In this document: piece by piece, positions 17,791-27,431 of the stretch
Layout: every line of letters begins with the position of its first letter
Numbering within the stretch: position 1 is the stretch's first letter
From: a virus
Lineage: Duplodnaviria; Caudoviricetes
IMG/VR virus record: IMGVR_UViG_2636415703_000001
Coordinates: 30,143-94,142 of that record
Length of the DNA stretch: 64,000 nt
Direction: 5' to 3' (one strand)
The notes under the pieces: model-generated
Databases searched by the model: none
Seen by the model: the letters and a program-made list of their open reading frames with translations, nothing else
Told to the model about the DNA's origin: nothing
Program-made: the position numbers and the translations under genes

Positions 17791-19224
17791 TTACAGGTAG
17801 TTAAAATCAAACGTGGAGTCAGCCACATTGAGGTAGATAAAATCATTCAGCTGCAGAGCCGTTTTCATGTTGTGTGGAGTCAGTTGATAAGAGATAAACA
17901 GGTTGAGCTCTTCAATGACGCGCCACAGGTCTTTAACCTGCACCTGCGGGAAGTGTTTACCGGCATCTACGCCATTCTGATCGCTGTCGCCAAATGTCGT
18001 TGCATCGCGCCCGAATTGGGCTTCCAGCGCCTCCTGAACGGCTTTCAGTGCATCAGAGAGGATGACGTTCTTTTTCGCCAGTGCAGTCAGGGTGATCGTG
18101 AACGGTTCTTCATTTGTCTGGACGTAGCGAAAATTCTTATTGATCTCATTCGGAATGGCCGTGACAGCGGTCATGATCATAGTTTCGAGCTCAGCCTGAG
18201 TGTAACCCGGCTTATGCCCGCAGAAGAAAATCGTATTGATGTTGCTAAGCGACTTAACGCCGGTTGAAAGCTCCTGCTCCTGCTCACCCCAGGCGCTGAT
18301 CCAGGACATACCCGGTACAGCGCCTTTCAGGAAGTACTTATAGTCGCCACCCCACACAACCTGTTCGTCATACGCCACGTAGTACTGTGCCCGGTTGCGC
18401 GTTTCCTCCGTGCTTTCAAAGCCACTGCCGCCCGTGATAGGCGTTGTGGTCACGACTTCGATTTTGCTATTCATATCGGCAATGTTGCCCGCTGGCGTCA
18501 GCTTCTGGCCCTGTGTCAGCGTGGTGTCACCCCGGCTACACCACACGTCCAGATCGACCTTACTGCCGGTCTTTGGCATCTTGCCGATTGCGCCGTCACC
18601 AAAGCGCACGCCCAGCTGCTCAGACGGCTTATAAACCAGCACGTAATGCTGGCTGGTGCCGCGGGAAAGGCGAAACAGCGGGTTATTTTCCCACCGGGAT
18701 TTATTCTCGTTCTCCGTCACAAACACGTCCAGTGAGACGGTTTCCTCCGTGATATCACGCGGCAGCATTACCGTGTAAAACGGCGCTTCGGCGTCGATCG
18801 CGGAGGACACGTTGACGTGCTCCATCTGGCGGACGTCGTTCACAATGACGCTGCCGCCAGCAGGGATAATCACGACGTCGGTTGTGACATAGGGCAGCTG
18901 CGCATTCGACAGGAACTCTGCATAAATTGGCAGCTGAATGACTTCATCCGTTTTATTCGTGATCTTCACACTGCCCCACGACGGCGTGATCAAGTGACCG
19001 AGATAGTTACGGTCTTCGGCTGCGGCCAGAATGCTCGATCGCTTCGTCGCCGTGGAGATAAAGCCCTCCGTCAGCCCGCGCTCAGCGGTGGTTTTTGCCG
19101 CGTAGATGATCTGTGCGCCAAAGACAGCCATCATCTGAATGAACTGGCTGTTGGTAAACTTTCTCCACCAGCTGTTCGCCTGCAACTTGCCGTTAAAATT
19201 CTCCAGTAATTCTCCAATACTCAC
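17791..19224 (-). CDS. bplA: Baseplate wedge protein BplA (T4 gp6/J-like)
   Basis: VRFGDG..GKMP and GGSGFES.EETR motifs. Confidence 0.8.
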   Translation of the reverse strand: MSIGELLENFNGKLQANSWWRKFTNSQFIQMMAVFGAQIIYAAKTTAERGLTEGFISTATKRSSILAAAEDRNYLGHLITPSWGSVKITNKTDEVIQLPIYAEFLSNAQLPYVTTDVVIIPAGGSVIVNDVRQMEHVNVSSAIDAEAPFYTVMLPRDITEETVSLDVFVTENENKSRWENNPLFRLSRGTSQHYVLVYKPSEQLGVRFGDGAIGKMPKTGSKVDLDVWCSRGDTTLTQGQKLTPAGNIADMNSKIEVVTTTPITGGSGFESTEETRNRAQYYVAYDEQVVWGGDYKYFLKGAVPGMSWISAWGEQEQELSTGVKSLSNINTIFFCGHKPGYTQAELETMIMTAVTAIPNEINKNFRYVQTNEEPFTITLTALAKKNVILSDALKAVQEALEAQFGRDATTFGDSDQNGVDAGKHFPQVQVKDLWRVIEELNLFISYQLTPHNMKTALQLNDFIYLNVADSTFDFNYL

Positions 19225-19236
19225 AATTTCCCCCGG

Positions 19237-19596
19237 TTAACTTTTGTTCATGGATACGGCCAGCGGGCCGTATGACGTGATGAATGTGATTTGCCATGTA
19301 TCGACGTTTTGCGGCGCGCAGCGGATCGCACGCAACCCCAGCCCTGGCAGATCGATACGCAGCTTGCGGATCAGCGCGGCCTCAATAGCCACTTCAGTTA
19401 AATGGCCGGTTTCAGAGCCGACCGGTTCGTGTTTGTAGTCCTGCATGGTGTTGCCCCATCCGGGCAGACCGTAAACGCTCCCCTGCGGCGTTCTCAGCCA
19501 TTCCTCCAGACGGGCAAGCCATGCATCTGACTCCCCTGCTTTAACCACCACGCCACCCTGATCCACGCGCATGAGGCAGTCGATTTCGTTTTGCAT
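19237..19596 (-). CDS. pmgA: Baseplate/sheath initiator PmgA (gp25-like)
   Basis: WLRTPQGSVYGLPGWGN gp25-like motif. Confidence 0.75.
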   Translation of the reverse strand: MQNEIDCLMRVDQGGVVVKAGESDAWLARLEEWLRTPQGSVYGLPGWGNTMQDYKHEPVGSETGHLTEVAIEAALIRKLRIDLPGLGLRAIRCAPQNVDTWQITFITSYGPLAVSMNKS

Positions 19597-19599
19597 GTT

Positions 19600-22500
19600 T
19601 TAGTCCTGCAGAAGTTCGTTGAGCGCCGGATCATTGATGCTCAGGGTTGATGACGTGCGGGGGGCCGGTTGAGCGGTGTTAACCACTTTGTCCGGCGCGG
19701 TATCGCTTTTCTTTTTCGTGACGCCCAGCAGCGCCTCCAGCTGGGTGCGCATGCCTTTCAGCTCTTTGAGCATGTCCTGATTTTGATTGCTGTTGTCACT
19801 GCTCATCATCGGTCGCATGCCACTCCGAGGTAGATCAGTCACGTTCAGAATTTGGGCCGGATGACTCAGCAGAGGCTGTTGTGCAGGCCTTGTCTGTGCC
19901 GCACTGCCGCCGCTCAGGTATGACTTACCGGCGCTGGCCAGCGTCTCGATGCCACTATCAAGCCAGCCGCCAGCCTTGCTGCTCAGCGGTGAAATGGCGC
20001 GGAGCATACCCGGATCGGTAATGCCTGCCTGGTCCAGCACGCTGCTGATCATGTCGTTGCCGCTGAAGCCACCCAGGGTCTGACTGAATGTGTCGCTAAT
20101 AGCGGGCATGATCGAGGCGCTGACGGCGTTAACTCCATCCTTTGCGCCGCCCAGCATGCGATCAAAGAATCCGCTGGCTTCTTGCGCTGCAGCTGGCCGG
20201 GTGCTGGCCATTGTGATCGGTGCGCCGGACGTTGCAGAGCCCGGACGGGCTTGTACACTGCCGGTTGAAACTTGAGATACAGCGGCGGGACGTGAACGGC
20301 TGGCAATCTGGTCCGGCGCCAGCGCGGCCAGCTGTAGGCCTGCGGGAAGAGATTCACCACCAGGCAGGGACAGGCCGCTGGTGGGACGTTTGCGGGACAT
20401 ACCGGCCACGCCCAGGGATTCTGTTGCGGCCTGCACTTTGCCGTCAGCCCACTCGTTCAGGGCTTTGACCTGGCCCCATGCACCTGCCCCGGCGTGCCTG
20501 ATTTTGTCGGCTGGGCCGCTGGCAGGCTGGCCCTTATCAGCTTCCTTTGCTGCAGCAACCTGCGATGCCGTGGGCGCTGTCGGGGCAACGGCTTTCACTG
20601 CTGCCGGTGCGGCCGCGGGCGTAGTAACAGTTGCCGGTGCGGCGGCGGGTGCCACTGCGCCAGCCGTCAGCTTCACTTTGTCGCCAGCTGAATAGAGTGA
20701 GTCCACTGCAACGGGTGCCAGGCCCTGCTTCGCACGCGCTTCATTCACTGACTTAAGGGATTCGTCGCTGAATTTCCCTCCGACCCACTTACCATCTTCA
20801 TTGTGACCAATGGCGTTCATCATGAAGTCGTTCGTGACCTGCGGGTTGCCGCCCTCGATGGTGGCAATACCGCGCATCATCTGCGTCATGACTTTTGGAT
20901 CTTTCAGGTTCAGCTGCTCATCACCACGGACGCCCAGCTTTTTCGAAAGCGAATCCACGTACTGTGACGTGTTGTTTTCACTCTCTGGCGCGTACAGCTT
21001 GATAATGTCCTGTACGGTATTCAGTTTCTTGTAGCCTGCGGCTTTAGAGGTGCCTTCTGAATAGCTTGTGAGCTGGTTCGCCAGAGCCCTAAATCCTTCC
21101 TCTGGAGTGTTGAACTTAGCAAACCGGGCTTCACCTTTACCGTTTTTAGCCTCCAGGCTTGCGCCCTCTTGCCCCACATAGTTCAGATTGCCAAAGTTGT
21201 TGTTACGGAAGGATCGGACCTTCGCATTTGCGCCGCCCACATTGAGATCTGCGCCGATGCTGTTCTGCGCGACGTCGGCATAATCAGCGGCGTTTTTGCC
21301 CTGCGTACCTACGCCGTCCTCACCCCACTCGCCACCCTGCAGCTGTGTACCGAGGCGGTTTATAGCCGTGACGGTTTTCGTGGTGCCATCGGTGATCGCC
21401 TTCGTCTGCTCTGCGCTGGTGCCGGTCAGCTTGTCATAGACGCCCGACGCGCTGGTTGAGAAGGCGCTGAACATGTCGCCCACTTTGCTCAGCCCGGAAT
21501 CAAGCCCCTTCGCAATGTCGCCGGTATCAAACGTCAGTGATTTTGCCACCCCATTCATACCCAGCGCTGACGCGCCGGACGCCAGCAGCCCGGATGCGCC
21601 GGATACCAGCCCGCCCATGTTCAGGACGTTTGCAGCTGTATACTCGCTTTTCTGCCTGCCGCTGGCCTTCTCCCCTTCTTTCAGTCCGAAGGCCCGCTGC
21701 TGGCCTTCTGTGTCGTTATAACCTTCGTAGGCGTCCATGCCCGCGCCAATTACGGTCCCGACCAACGGGATCGCTTTAAGCGCAGTCTTACCGGCAATTT
21801 TACCGGCCACCTTCAGCCCGCCTTTTTCTGCGGTCTTCTCCGCTGCTGCTTCAGTAGTTTTCTCAGCGACTTTAAGCCCGCCTTTCTCGGCGGTTTTCTC
21901 TGCTGCGGCCTGTGTGGCTTTCTCTCCGGCTTTAGCGGCTTCACTGCCCGCCTTGCCGCCAGCGGCAATCGTGGCTCCGGCTGCAGCCGTTGTGGCCGCT
22001 GCACCGGCGACGGTTGCTGCTTTTTTACCGCCTTTCAGCAATTCCATAGCCTTAGTCAGTAAGCCTTTCTTCTTAGGCTTTGGTTTTGGCTTAGGATCGG
22101 GTTTCGGTCCCTTATTCGTTTTTTTACTGTCCGGCAGCAGATCGTCGGCCATATCCGCCACATCAGCTGCAGTCGTTGCGAGTCCATGCCTGCGGCCCCG
22201 GCGTTTACGCCTGCCAGGAATGAGCGAATCCATCAGCCCGCCAGCGCCTTTGCCAGATGTGTGAGAGAGCTTTTTAACTTCCTCCCGCACGTCATCTAGG
22301 GCTTCAACAATGCGATCGTCATTCGCGGCAATAACTTTGGTCTGCTCCTGCGTGACCTGGATAGCTTTTGCCTGTTGAGCAGACTTGAAACCGTCAGCTG
22401 ATTTTGGCTTGCCGATCGCTGGTGGCGTTCTGGCTTCGGTTGTTACTGGTGGGTGCGTCAACGGCGGCTCAATTTTTAGCGCAGCGTTGCCCTCCGTTTT

Positions 22501-23337
22501 TCCCTGCATGAAGTTTTTCAGCGTAACGACGTTTTTGCCGACTTCTGCAGATATGTCGTACATGCCTTTACCCATCATCCAGAGCGGGCCACCAGCAGCC
22601 GTGCCTGCAATGTCTGCGCCTGAAGACATACCATCGCTGTTCGTTTCAGTAGCAGTTTCCAGCATGCTACCCAGGGTGCGGAAAAATCCCTGCTGCTGTT
22701 TTTGCTCAGCACGGCGCGCATTTTTCTCCTGCGTTGCAGCGGAAGCATCAGCAGAATCTGTGCGTTTTTTAAAGCGACCGTTAGCGTCACGGCCTGCTGG
22801 TTTACCACCTGCCGCCTGCATGTCAGAGTCAGAGTCAGAAGCAGTATCTGGCTGACGCTTTACAGGCTTTTTACGAGCGCTTGTAAAGCCACCAATCATC
22901 TTTAATCTGTTCTTTTTGTTACCTTCTGAAAGCAAATTATTTTTACCACTTGAGCCTTTAGCTTTTTTCCAGCCCTCTAAAGACACAGCATTGTTATATT
23001 TATTACCTTCGAAGAGTAATTTTTCTTCTCTTGAGTGCTTTTTTGATTCTTTTAAAGAGACATCACCTTTAGAAGGTGAATTTCCTTCTTTTTCAGGTTT
23101 ATTTGTGACTTTTAAAGCGTCATTTTTGTGATTACTTATGACTTCATTCCCGACGCCCCTCCTTTTAGTAAGCGATCTAGTCACTTTAATTTCAGAAGTA
23201 ACACTACGTTCTTTTATAGGATGATTGGACCGTATGTTAGATATTCGATGCCGGATTAGTGCCATTTCCTTGAGTTGATCACGGCTGGCGTGCTCAATTG
23301 CATCAATAATCCGGCTTATTTCCTGAGAATTTTTCAT
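19600..23337 (-). CDS. sit: Tape measure / injection protein Sit-like with muralytic domain
   Basis: 1245 aa, Ala/Gly/Lys-rich; RNNNFGNL..FAKFNTPEEG..YAPESENNT lysozyme-like domain; synteny. Confidence 0.75.
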   Translation of the reverse strand: MKNSQEISRIIDAIEHASRDQLKEMALIRHRISNIRSNHPIKERSVTSEIKVTRSLTKRRGVGNEVISNHKNDALKVTNKPEKEGNSPSKGDVSLKESKKHSREEKLLFEGNKYNNAVSLEGWKKAKGSSGKNNLLSEGNKKNRLKMIGGFTSARKKPVKRQPDTASDSDSDMQAAGGKPAGRDANGRFKKRTDSADASAATQEKNARRAEQKQQQGFFRTLGSMLETATETNSDGMSSGADIAGTAAGGPLWMMGKGMYDISAEVGKNVVTLKNFMQGKTEGNAALKIEPPLTHPPVTTEARTPPAIGKPKSADGFKSAQQAKAIQVTQEQTKVIAANDDRIVEALDDVREEVKKLSHTSGKGAGGLMDSLIPGRRKRRGRRHGLATTAADVADMADDLLPDSKKTNKGPKPDPKPKPKPKKKGLLTKAMELLKGGKKAATVAGAAATTAAAGATIAAGGKAGSEAAKAGEKATQAAAEKTAEKGGLKVAEKTTEAAAEKTAEKGGLKVAGKIAGKTALKAIPLVGTVIGAGMDAYEGYNDTEGQQRAFGLKEGEKASGRQKSEYTAANVLNMGGLVSGASGLLASGASALGMNGVAKSLTFDTGDIAKGLDSGLSKVGDMFSAFSTSASGVYDKLTGTSAEQTKAITDGTTKTVTAINRLGTQLQGGEWGEDGVGTQGKNAADYADVAQNSIGADLNVGGANAKVRSFRNNNFGNLNYVGQEGASLEAKNGKGEARFAKFNTPEEGFRALANQLTSYSEGTSKAAGYKKLNTVQDIIKLYAPESENNTSQYVDSLSKKLGVRGDEQLNLKDPKVMTQMMRGIATIEGGNPQVTNDFMMNAIGHNEDGKWVGGKFSDESLKSVNEARAKQGLAPVAVDSLYSAGDKVKLTAGAVAPAAAPATVTTPAAAPAAVKAVAPTAPTASQVAAAKEADKGQPASGPADKIRHAGAGAWGQVKALNEWADGKVQAATESLGVAGMSRKRPTSGLSLPGGESLPAGLQLAALAPDQIASRSRPAAVSQVSTGSVQARPGSATSGAPITMASTRPAAAQEASGFFDRMLGGAKDGVNAVSASIMPAISDTFSQTLGGFSGNDMISSVLDQAGITDPGMLRAISPLSSKAGGWLDSGIETLASAGKSYLSGGSAAQTRPAQQPLLSHPAQILNVTDLPRSGMRPMMSSDNSNQNQDMLKELKGMRTQLEALLGVTKKKSDTAPDKVVNTAQPAPRTSSTLSINDPALNELLQD

Positions 23338-23520
23338 TCCGATCTGCTTCTGCTTGATCTCATTTGCTCAGTGAGCGTCGTGTTCATCTGAATTGCACGC
23401 CATAACGGCAGGGCATCAACATCACCGACCGGCTGGTGTGCAGTAAGCGTCAGGTTGTCAATGATGGTTAGCCATCCACTGAGGGGAAAATCGTGGAATA
23501 AAAAATCCAGAGCGAAAGGG
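23334..23520 (-). CDS. Probable frameshift extension of the tail assembly chaperone (GT-like)
   Basis: +1-frame ORF with no good start of its own, ending in an ATGA overlap with sit; candidate slip sites at 23499-23520. Confidence 0.5.
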
Positions 23521-24276
23521 GATAAACAGTTGAGTCGTGTTCTTCTGCATGCCCTCCTTTTCACAGGCACAGGGCGGAAGCAAAAGCCGGACTTCACCCT
23601 GTGTGATTTGCATCAGCAGGCCGTGGCGCAGGTTGCGCTGCATCAGCTGGATATGAGCCACCAGCGGCGCGAACTCAAGATCGGGAACCATGCTTTCCAT
23701 AATGTCGAAGCGGCGATTTGCAGCCTCTTCAAAATCAGCCGGGTCATCGTCCAGCGCGGTGCAAAGCGCGAACTCCGCAATGCGCATGCGCATAATGGCA
23801 GTTTCATATTCCGGCGCGTCAGTATCCGGCAGACCGGCGCGCATGCGCTCCAGCATTTCCTGCCCGTGCCCGGTAAGTGGTTTAAGGGTCCAGACAGTCG
23901 GTACGCCATTAACCGGAACGCTGACGCGCTCATGAGGTGCGATGGTCAGCAGCTCAACGGTTTCCGCCAGTTTACTCAGATCGAAGTCGTAGGTATGAAT
24001 CTCGCCGCAGTGTTCACAGGTATAGTGAAACGCCTCAAGATTATCGGCGCGGCTGTTGATCATGATCCACCACAGCGCGGTTCGGCGCTCCTGTGCGGTC
24101 CAGTCGCGGCTGTCATCAATCGGACCTTCCTGCAGGGCATTCAGGTATTCCGTAACGCGCCGTTCATCACCTAAAACGTCGGGAGAGCAGTATTTCAGAG
24201 CGTCTTTCATCACCGGCTGTCGGAAGATGATTTCTGTGGCAGGGCGCGACGCCAGCGGCAGTGGAGGGATGATCAC
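23458..24276 (-). CDS. pmgB: PmgB-like tail assembly / hub chaperone (T4 gp26-like, CxxC)
   Basis: 272 aa, YTCEHCGE; directly upstream of the tape measure gene. Confidence 0.6.
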   Translation of the reverse strand: MIIPPLPLASRPATEIIFRQPVMKDALKYCSPDVLGDERRVTEYLNALQEGPIDDSRDWTAQERRTALWWIMINSRADNLEAFHYTCEHCGEIHTYDFDLSKLAETVELLTIAPHERVSVPVNGVPTVWTLKPLTGHGQEMLERMRAGLPDTDAPEYETAIMRMRIAEFALCTALDDDPADFEEAANRRFDIMESMVPDLEFAPLVAHIQLMQRNLRHGLLMQITQGEVRLLLPPCACEKEGMQKNTTQLFIPFRSGFFIPRFSPQWMANHH

Positions 24277-24287
24277 TGTATTGTCCT

Positions 24288-25010
24288 TCAGAATTTAATG
24301 AGGTTGGATGCAGATGATTGAACCTGGTTTGTAATTCCCCCGGTTACTCCTTTCAGCAAACCGTTTGCGAGACTTCCGGCGCTGGTGTACTTCACGAACG
24401 TCACCGGAATGGTGGCAAACTCGCCCACGGCATCGCGGGCGCGGGAGATCTCGCCAATGGTGGTGATGAAGCCTTTCATTTCCTCTTCCAGCGAGGTGCG
24501 ACCGTCCTGTAAGACACGGTAGATCCGGATGTTGAGCAGGTAGGCTGGCGGCAGATTAAAAGTGCCATCGCCGTTATGGATGCGCGCACGACGCTCCTTA
24601 AACTTCTGGAGAATTTCGCCATCCTCATTGTCACGAACGGTCATCGAGACAGAGCCCGCAGTGACATGTGTCGGCTTCACAAACTCGTTGCCGCCAATCA
24701 GCTTGCTTTCGGTTTCAACGTTGCCCGTGCTATAGGTGATATCTTTCACGTACATGTCCACGCGGGAGAAGCCGTCAATCTCGATGTTCCACTGCCAGCC
24801 CTGCGCATACCGGATACGCATAGCCATTTCGAGGATGGTTTTCGCGTTGGCCAGCTCAGGCGGCAGACCGGCATACGACGCGCCGGCGCCGCCGCTCATA
24901 CTTGAAGAGGCACGGGACAGGATGTTAGAGATCAGGCTGTTTCCGGCCTGCTTAGCCGTGCTGGTGGCAAATCCCTTAATGTTCCCGGCCAGACCGTTAA
25001 AAAAGCTCAT
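24288..25010 (-). CDS. tub: Tail-tube-like protein Tub
   Basis: Beta-rich tube-fold pattern; synteny. Confidence 0.65.
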   Translation of the reverse strand: MSFFNGLAGNIKGFATSTAKQAGNSLISNILSRASSSMSGGAGASYAGLPPELANAKTILEMAMRIRYAQGWQWNIEIDGFSRVDMYVKDITYSTGNVETESKLIGGNEFVKPTHVTAGSVSMTVRDNEDGEILQKFKERRARIHNGDGTFNLPPAYLLNIRIYRVLQDGRTSLEEEMKGFITTIGEISRARDAVGEFATIPVTFVKYTSAGSLANGLLKGVTGGITNQVQSSASNLIKF

Positions 25011-25019
25011 AGCGCCCCC

Positions 25020-25571
25020 TTACCAGGTGCTCATTGCGGGGATAATTGCCCGGCTGGCGGAGATCTGCATTTCCAGATCGGTTTTACGCTGATGGAGCGT
25101 GGCCTCATCAGGCAGAAACGATGCGTCGAATTTACCGGCGATGTGCAGGCGGCGCAGGCGCTCGACATTCGGGATAGCGATCAGCACTTCCAGGTAGTCT
25201 TCGAGCAGGCCGGTAATGTCTGCCGGTAGCTGTGTCTGTTCGTAATCGCAGTCGCGGATATTGCGGAAGTAGAGCAGGGTAAACGGCCATTTCTCGCGGC
25301 CAGTCAGCTCAAGCTCAATGGTTGAATCGTAGGGATGGGCATACACCAGCGCGCCATTGAAATCGTTCACGTTTACCAGTGACAGGTAATCAGACGGAAA
25401 AGGGAGGCTTGCGCCCCCCGTTTTCTCAATGCGTTTACGGCCTGGTACACCGGCCCGATCCTGATAGACGCCGAGAGCCTGGCGGAGAAGGCTGGTTAAC
25501 AGCGCCTCTTCATCCACCAGCAGCGTCGTGAAGCGCGCTTTCACGGCCTCAAGCAGTTCGACCGGCGTCAT
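25020..25571 (-). CDS. pmgC: PmgC-like head-tail adaptor
   Basis: MTPxELLE..LLRQALGxYQDRAG; synteny. Confidence 0.6.
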   Translation of the reverse strand: MTPVELLEAVKARFTTLLVDEEALLTSLLRQALGVYQDRAGVPGRKRIEKTGGASLPFPSDYLSLVNVNDFNGALVYAHPYDSTIELELTGREKWPFTLLYFRNIRDCDYEQTQLPADITGLLEDYLEVLIAIPNVERLRRLHIAGKFDASFLPDEATLHQRKTDLEMQISASRAIIPAMSTW

Positions 25572-25573
25572 GA

Positions 25574-26065
25574 TTATTCAGCCCAGTTGTAAACTACGCG
25601 CAGCGGCAGCTTAACGGCAGCAGTGGTGTCTTCAGAGCCAAAGTCCACGGCATCAGAGTACACCTTGCAGTGCAGGTAGCTTCGGGTCAGGCCCGCGTCG
25701 GCGCCGCCGTTCGATTCTGCTGCTGCAGCAAAGGTGATATCCACGTACTCCTTGTTAAGCACCATCTGGCGGACCGCTGCAAACACATCGCCTTTAATGG
25801 TTTCTACGCAGGTCATCTGGAACTCACCAGAGTTTTTCAGGGTGCCATGCTGGTTAAACTTCATGCCACCAGGTGCCACGTCTTCAACGTCCTCACGGGC
25901 CATTTCCGGCAGCTGTGCGGTACGGATCAGAATTGACAGGTTCGGGTAGCCTTTTACGGTCATCCAGTACTCAGAGCCGATAAGTTTTTCGCCCGCGGCA
26001 AGGTTCTGGTTAAAGCGTTTTTTCAGAAAAGCCGTGTCGGCTTTCGTGTTGGAAAATCCGGACAT
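25574..26065 (-). CDS. bplB: Tail tube protein BplB-like
   Basis: 163 aa with tube-like sequence; synteny with pmgG-21-22-23. Confidence 0.7.
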   Translation of the reverse strand: MSGFSNTKADTAFLKKRFNQNLAAGEKLIGSEYWMTVKGYPNLSILIRTAQLPEMAREDVEDVAPGGMKFNQHGTLKNSGEFQMTCVETIKGDVFAAVRQMVLNKEYVDITFAAAAESNGGADAGLTRSYLHCKVYSDAVDFGSEDTTAAVKLPLRVVYNWAE

Positions 26066-26075
26066 AATTTGTTCC

Positions 26076-26666
26076 TCAGATAAACATGTATGGAATGTCA
26101 GACTGGTTCTGGACGCTCAGGCCGGAGCACTGGAGCGTGACGGTGTTGTGGGTGTAGTGCCCCTCAGCAGTGCGGGGTGCGTCCAGCTGATAGCCGACGT
26201 GTCGGATCACCACGTCCATCAGCTTCAGGCGACGGCCAATGTCCATGATCACGGGAAGAGGACGGCGGCCACCCGGCAGTGCGGCGTTCAATTCAGGCGA
26301 GGCCATCTGCTGCAGCGTCATGATTGCGTCCATCACTTCCACCTTCGCGTTCATGGTGGCCATCAGGTCTACGACGATGCTGAACTCAGGCGGCTGCTGG
26401 CCTTCCCAGATAAGCAGGGAGTTGAAGTCTGACTTTGATGTACTGCCGCTAACCGCCTGCACACCGCCCGCCAGCTTGCCGCCAGCTGCACTCACCGCAC
26501 CGGCTACGCCGCCCAGCGAGTCATTGGCAAACGGAGATTCCCACATGGATTCAATGCTTGCGCTGGAGCCTTCCCCGATGTAGCCCACAACCATCGCCGT
26601 TTCAGACGTGATGTAGATCTTCAGGAAAGGGCTGACGCCATCCGGCATGATTGCACCGCAGATCAT
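26076..26666 (-). CDS. pmgG: PmgG-like tail tube initiator
   Basis: WESPF and WEGQQPPEF motifs; synteny. Confidence 0.65.
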   Translation of the reverse strand: MICGAIMPDGVSPFLKIYITSETAMVVGYIGEGSSASIESMWESPFANDSLGGVAGAVSAAGGKLAGGVQAVSGSTSKSDFNSLLIWEGQQPPEFSIVVDLMATMNAKVEVMDAIMTLQQMASPELNAALPGGRRPLPVIMDIGRRLKLMDVVIRHVGYQLDAPRTAEGHYTHNTVTLQCSGLSVQNQSDIPYMFI

Positions 26667-26709
26667 CGTGCTATCCTCAATGCCGCCGGTCTTACCCGGC
26701 GGTTATCCC

Positions 26710-27420
26710 TTAAAGGCCGCGCTTCTTACGCAGTTTCATCGACTTTTTACGGTGCGCATTTGCCATCGAGCTGTGCGCCTTCGTGCGGGCTTTTTTCAGC
26801 GCCTGCTTCTGGAGCGACGTCATGCGGCGCTTCTTCGGACGCTTGCGGATCAGCGTCACCTGACCGTCACGCACGGCTTTAAAGGTGGCCGATTCCAGCA
26901 TCGCTTCACCGCCTTCACCGCCAGCCACGGTGTAATCTGCGATCGCTTCGTCGTCGTCAGCCAGGCCGGAAAGCGCTTCGAAAACGCTTTCAGCGGCGCT
27001 GTCGTCGTCGTCATCGATCATGCTGGTGACGTCATCCTGATCCGCGCCCAGAGCAACAGCGGCGTTTGCCAGCTGGCCCAGTGCGTCGTTGAATGCGTCT
27101 ACCTGCTCGTCATCCAGATCGTCGTCGTCAGACAGCGAATCCAGACCGGCCAGCACCAGCGCCAGCGCTTCAAAGCTGTCAGAGTCGGCTTCGCCATCAG
27201 CTACCCAGCCCGCCAGCAGGGATGCGGCTACGGAGCGGGCATCTTCACCAGCGCGACGCTCCACAGCCTCAAACATAGCCACGATGCGCGCCGAGGCGGC
27301 GTTGCCTAAGCCCGCACTTTCCAGCATGGAATCCTTAATGGCTGGCTCTCCAGCTGCAGCAGGTGCCGCGAATGCCGCACCCAACAGGCCATGCGTTTTG
27401 TGATTAAAAATGTTGTTCAT
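26710..27420 (-). CDS. P1 gp21-position protein, probable prohead core protein
   Basis: Very acidic body, very basic C-terminus, repeated M(L/F)E(S/A) motifs. Confidence 0.6.
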   Translation of the reverse strand: MNNIFNHKTHGLLGAAFAAPAAAGEPAIKDSMLESAGLGNAASARIVAMFEAVERRAGEDARSVAASLLAGWVADGEADSDSFEALALVLAGLDSLSDDDDLDDEQVDAFNDALGQLANAAVALGADQDDVTSMIDDDDDSAAESVFEALSGLADDDEAIADYTVAGGEGGEAMLESATFKAVRDGQVTLIRKRPKKRRMTSLQKQALKKARTKAHSSMANAHRKKSMKLRKKRGL

Positions 27421-27431
27421 AATTTCCTCTG

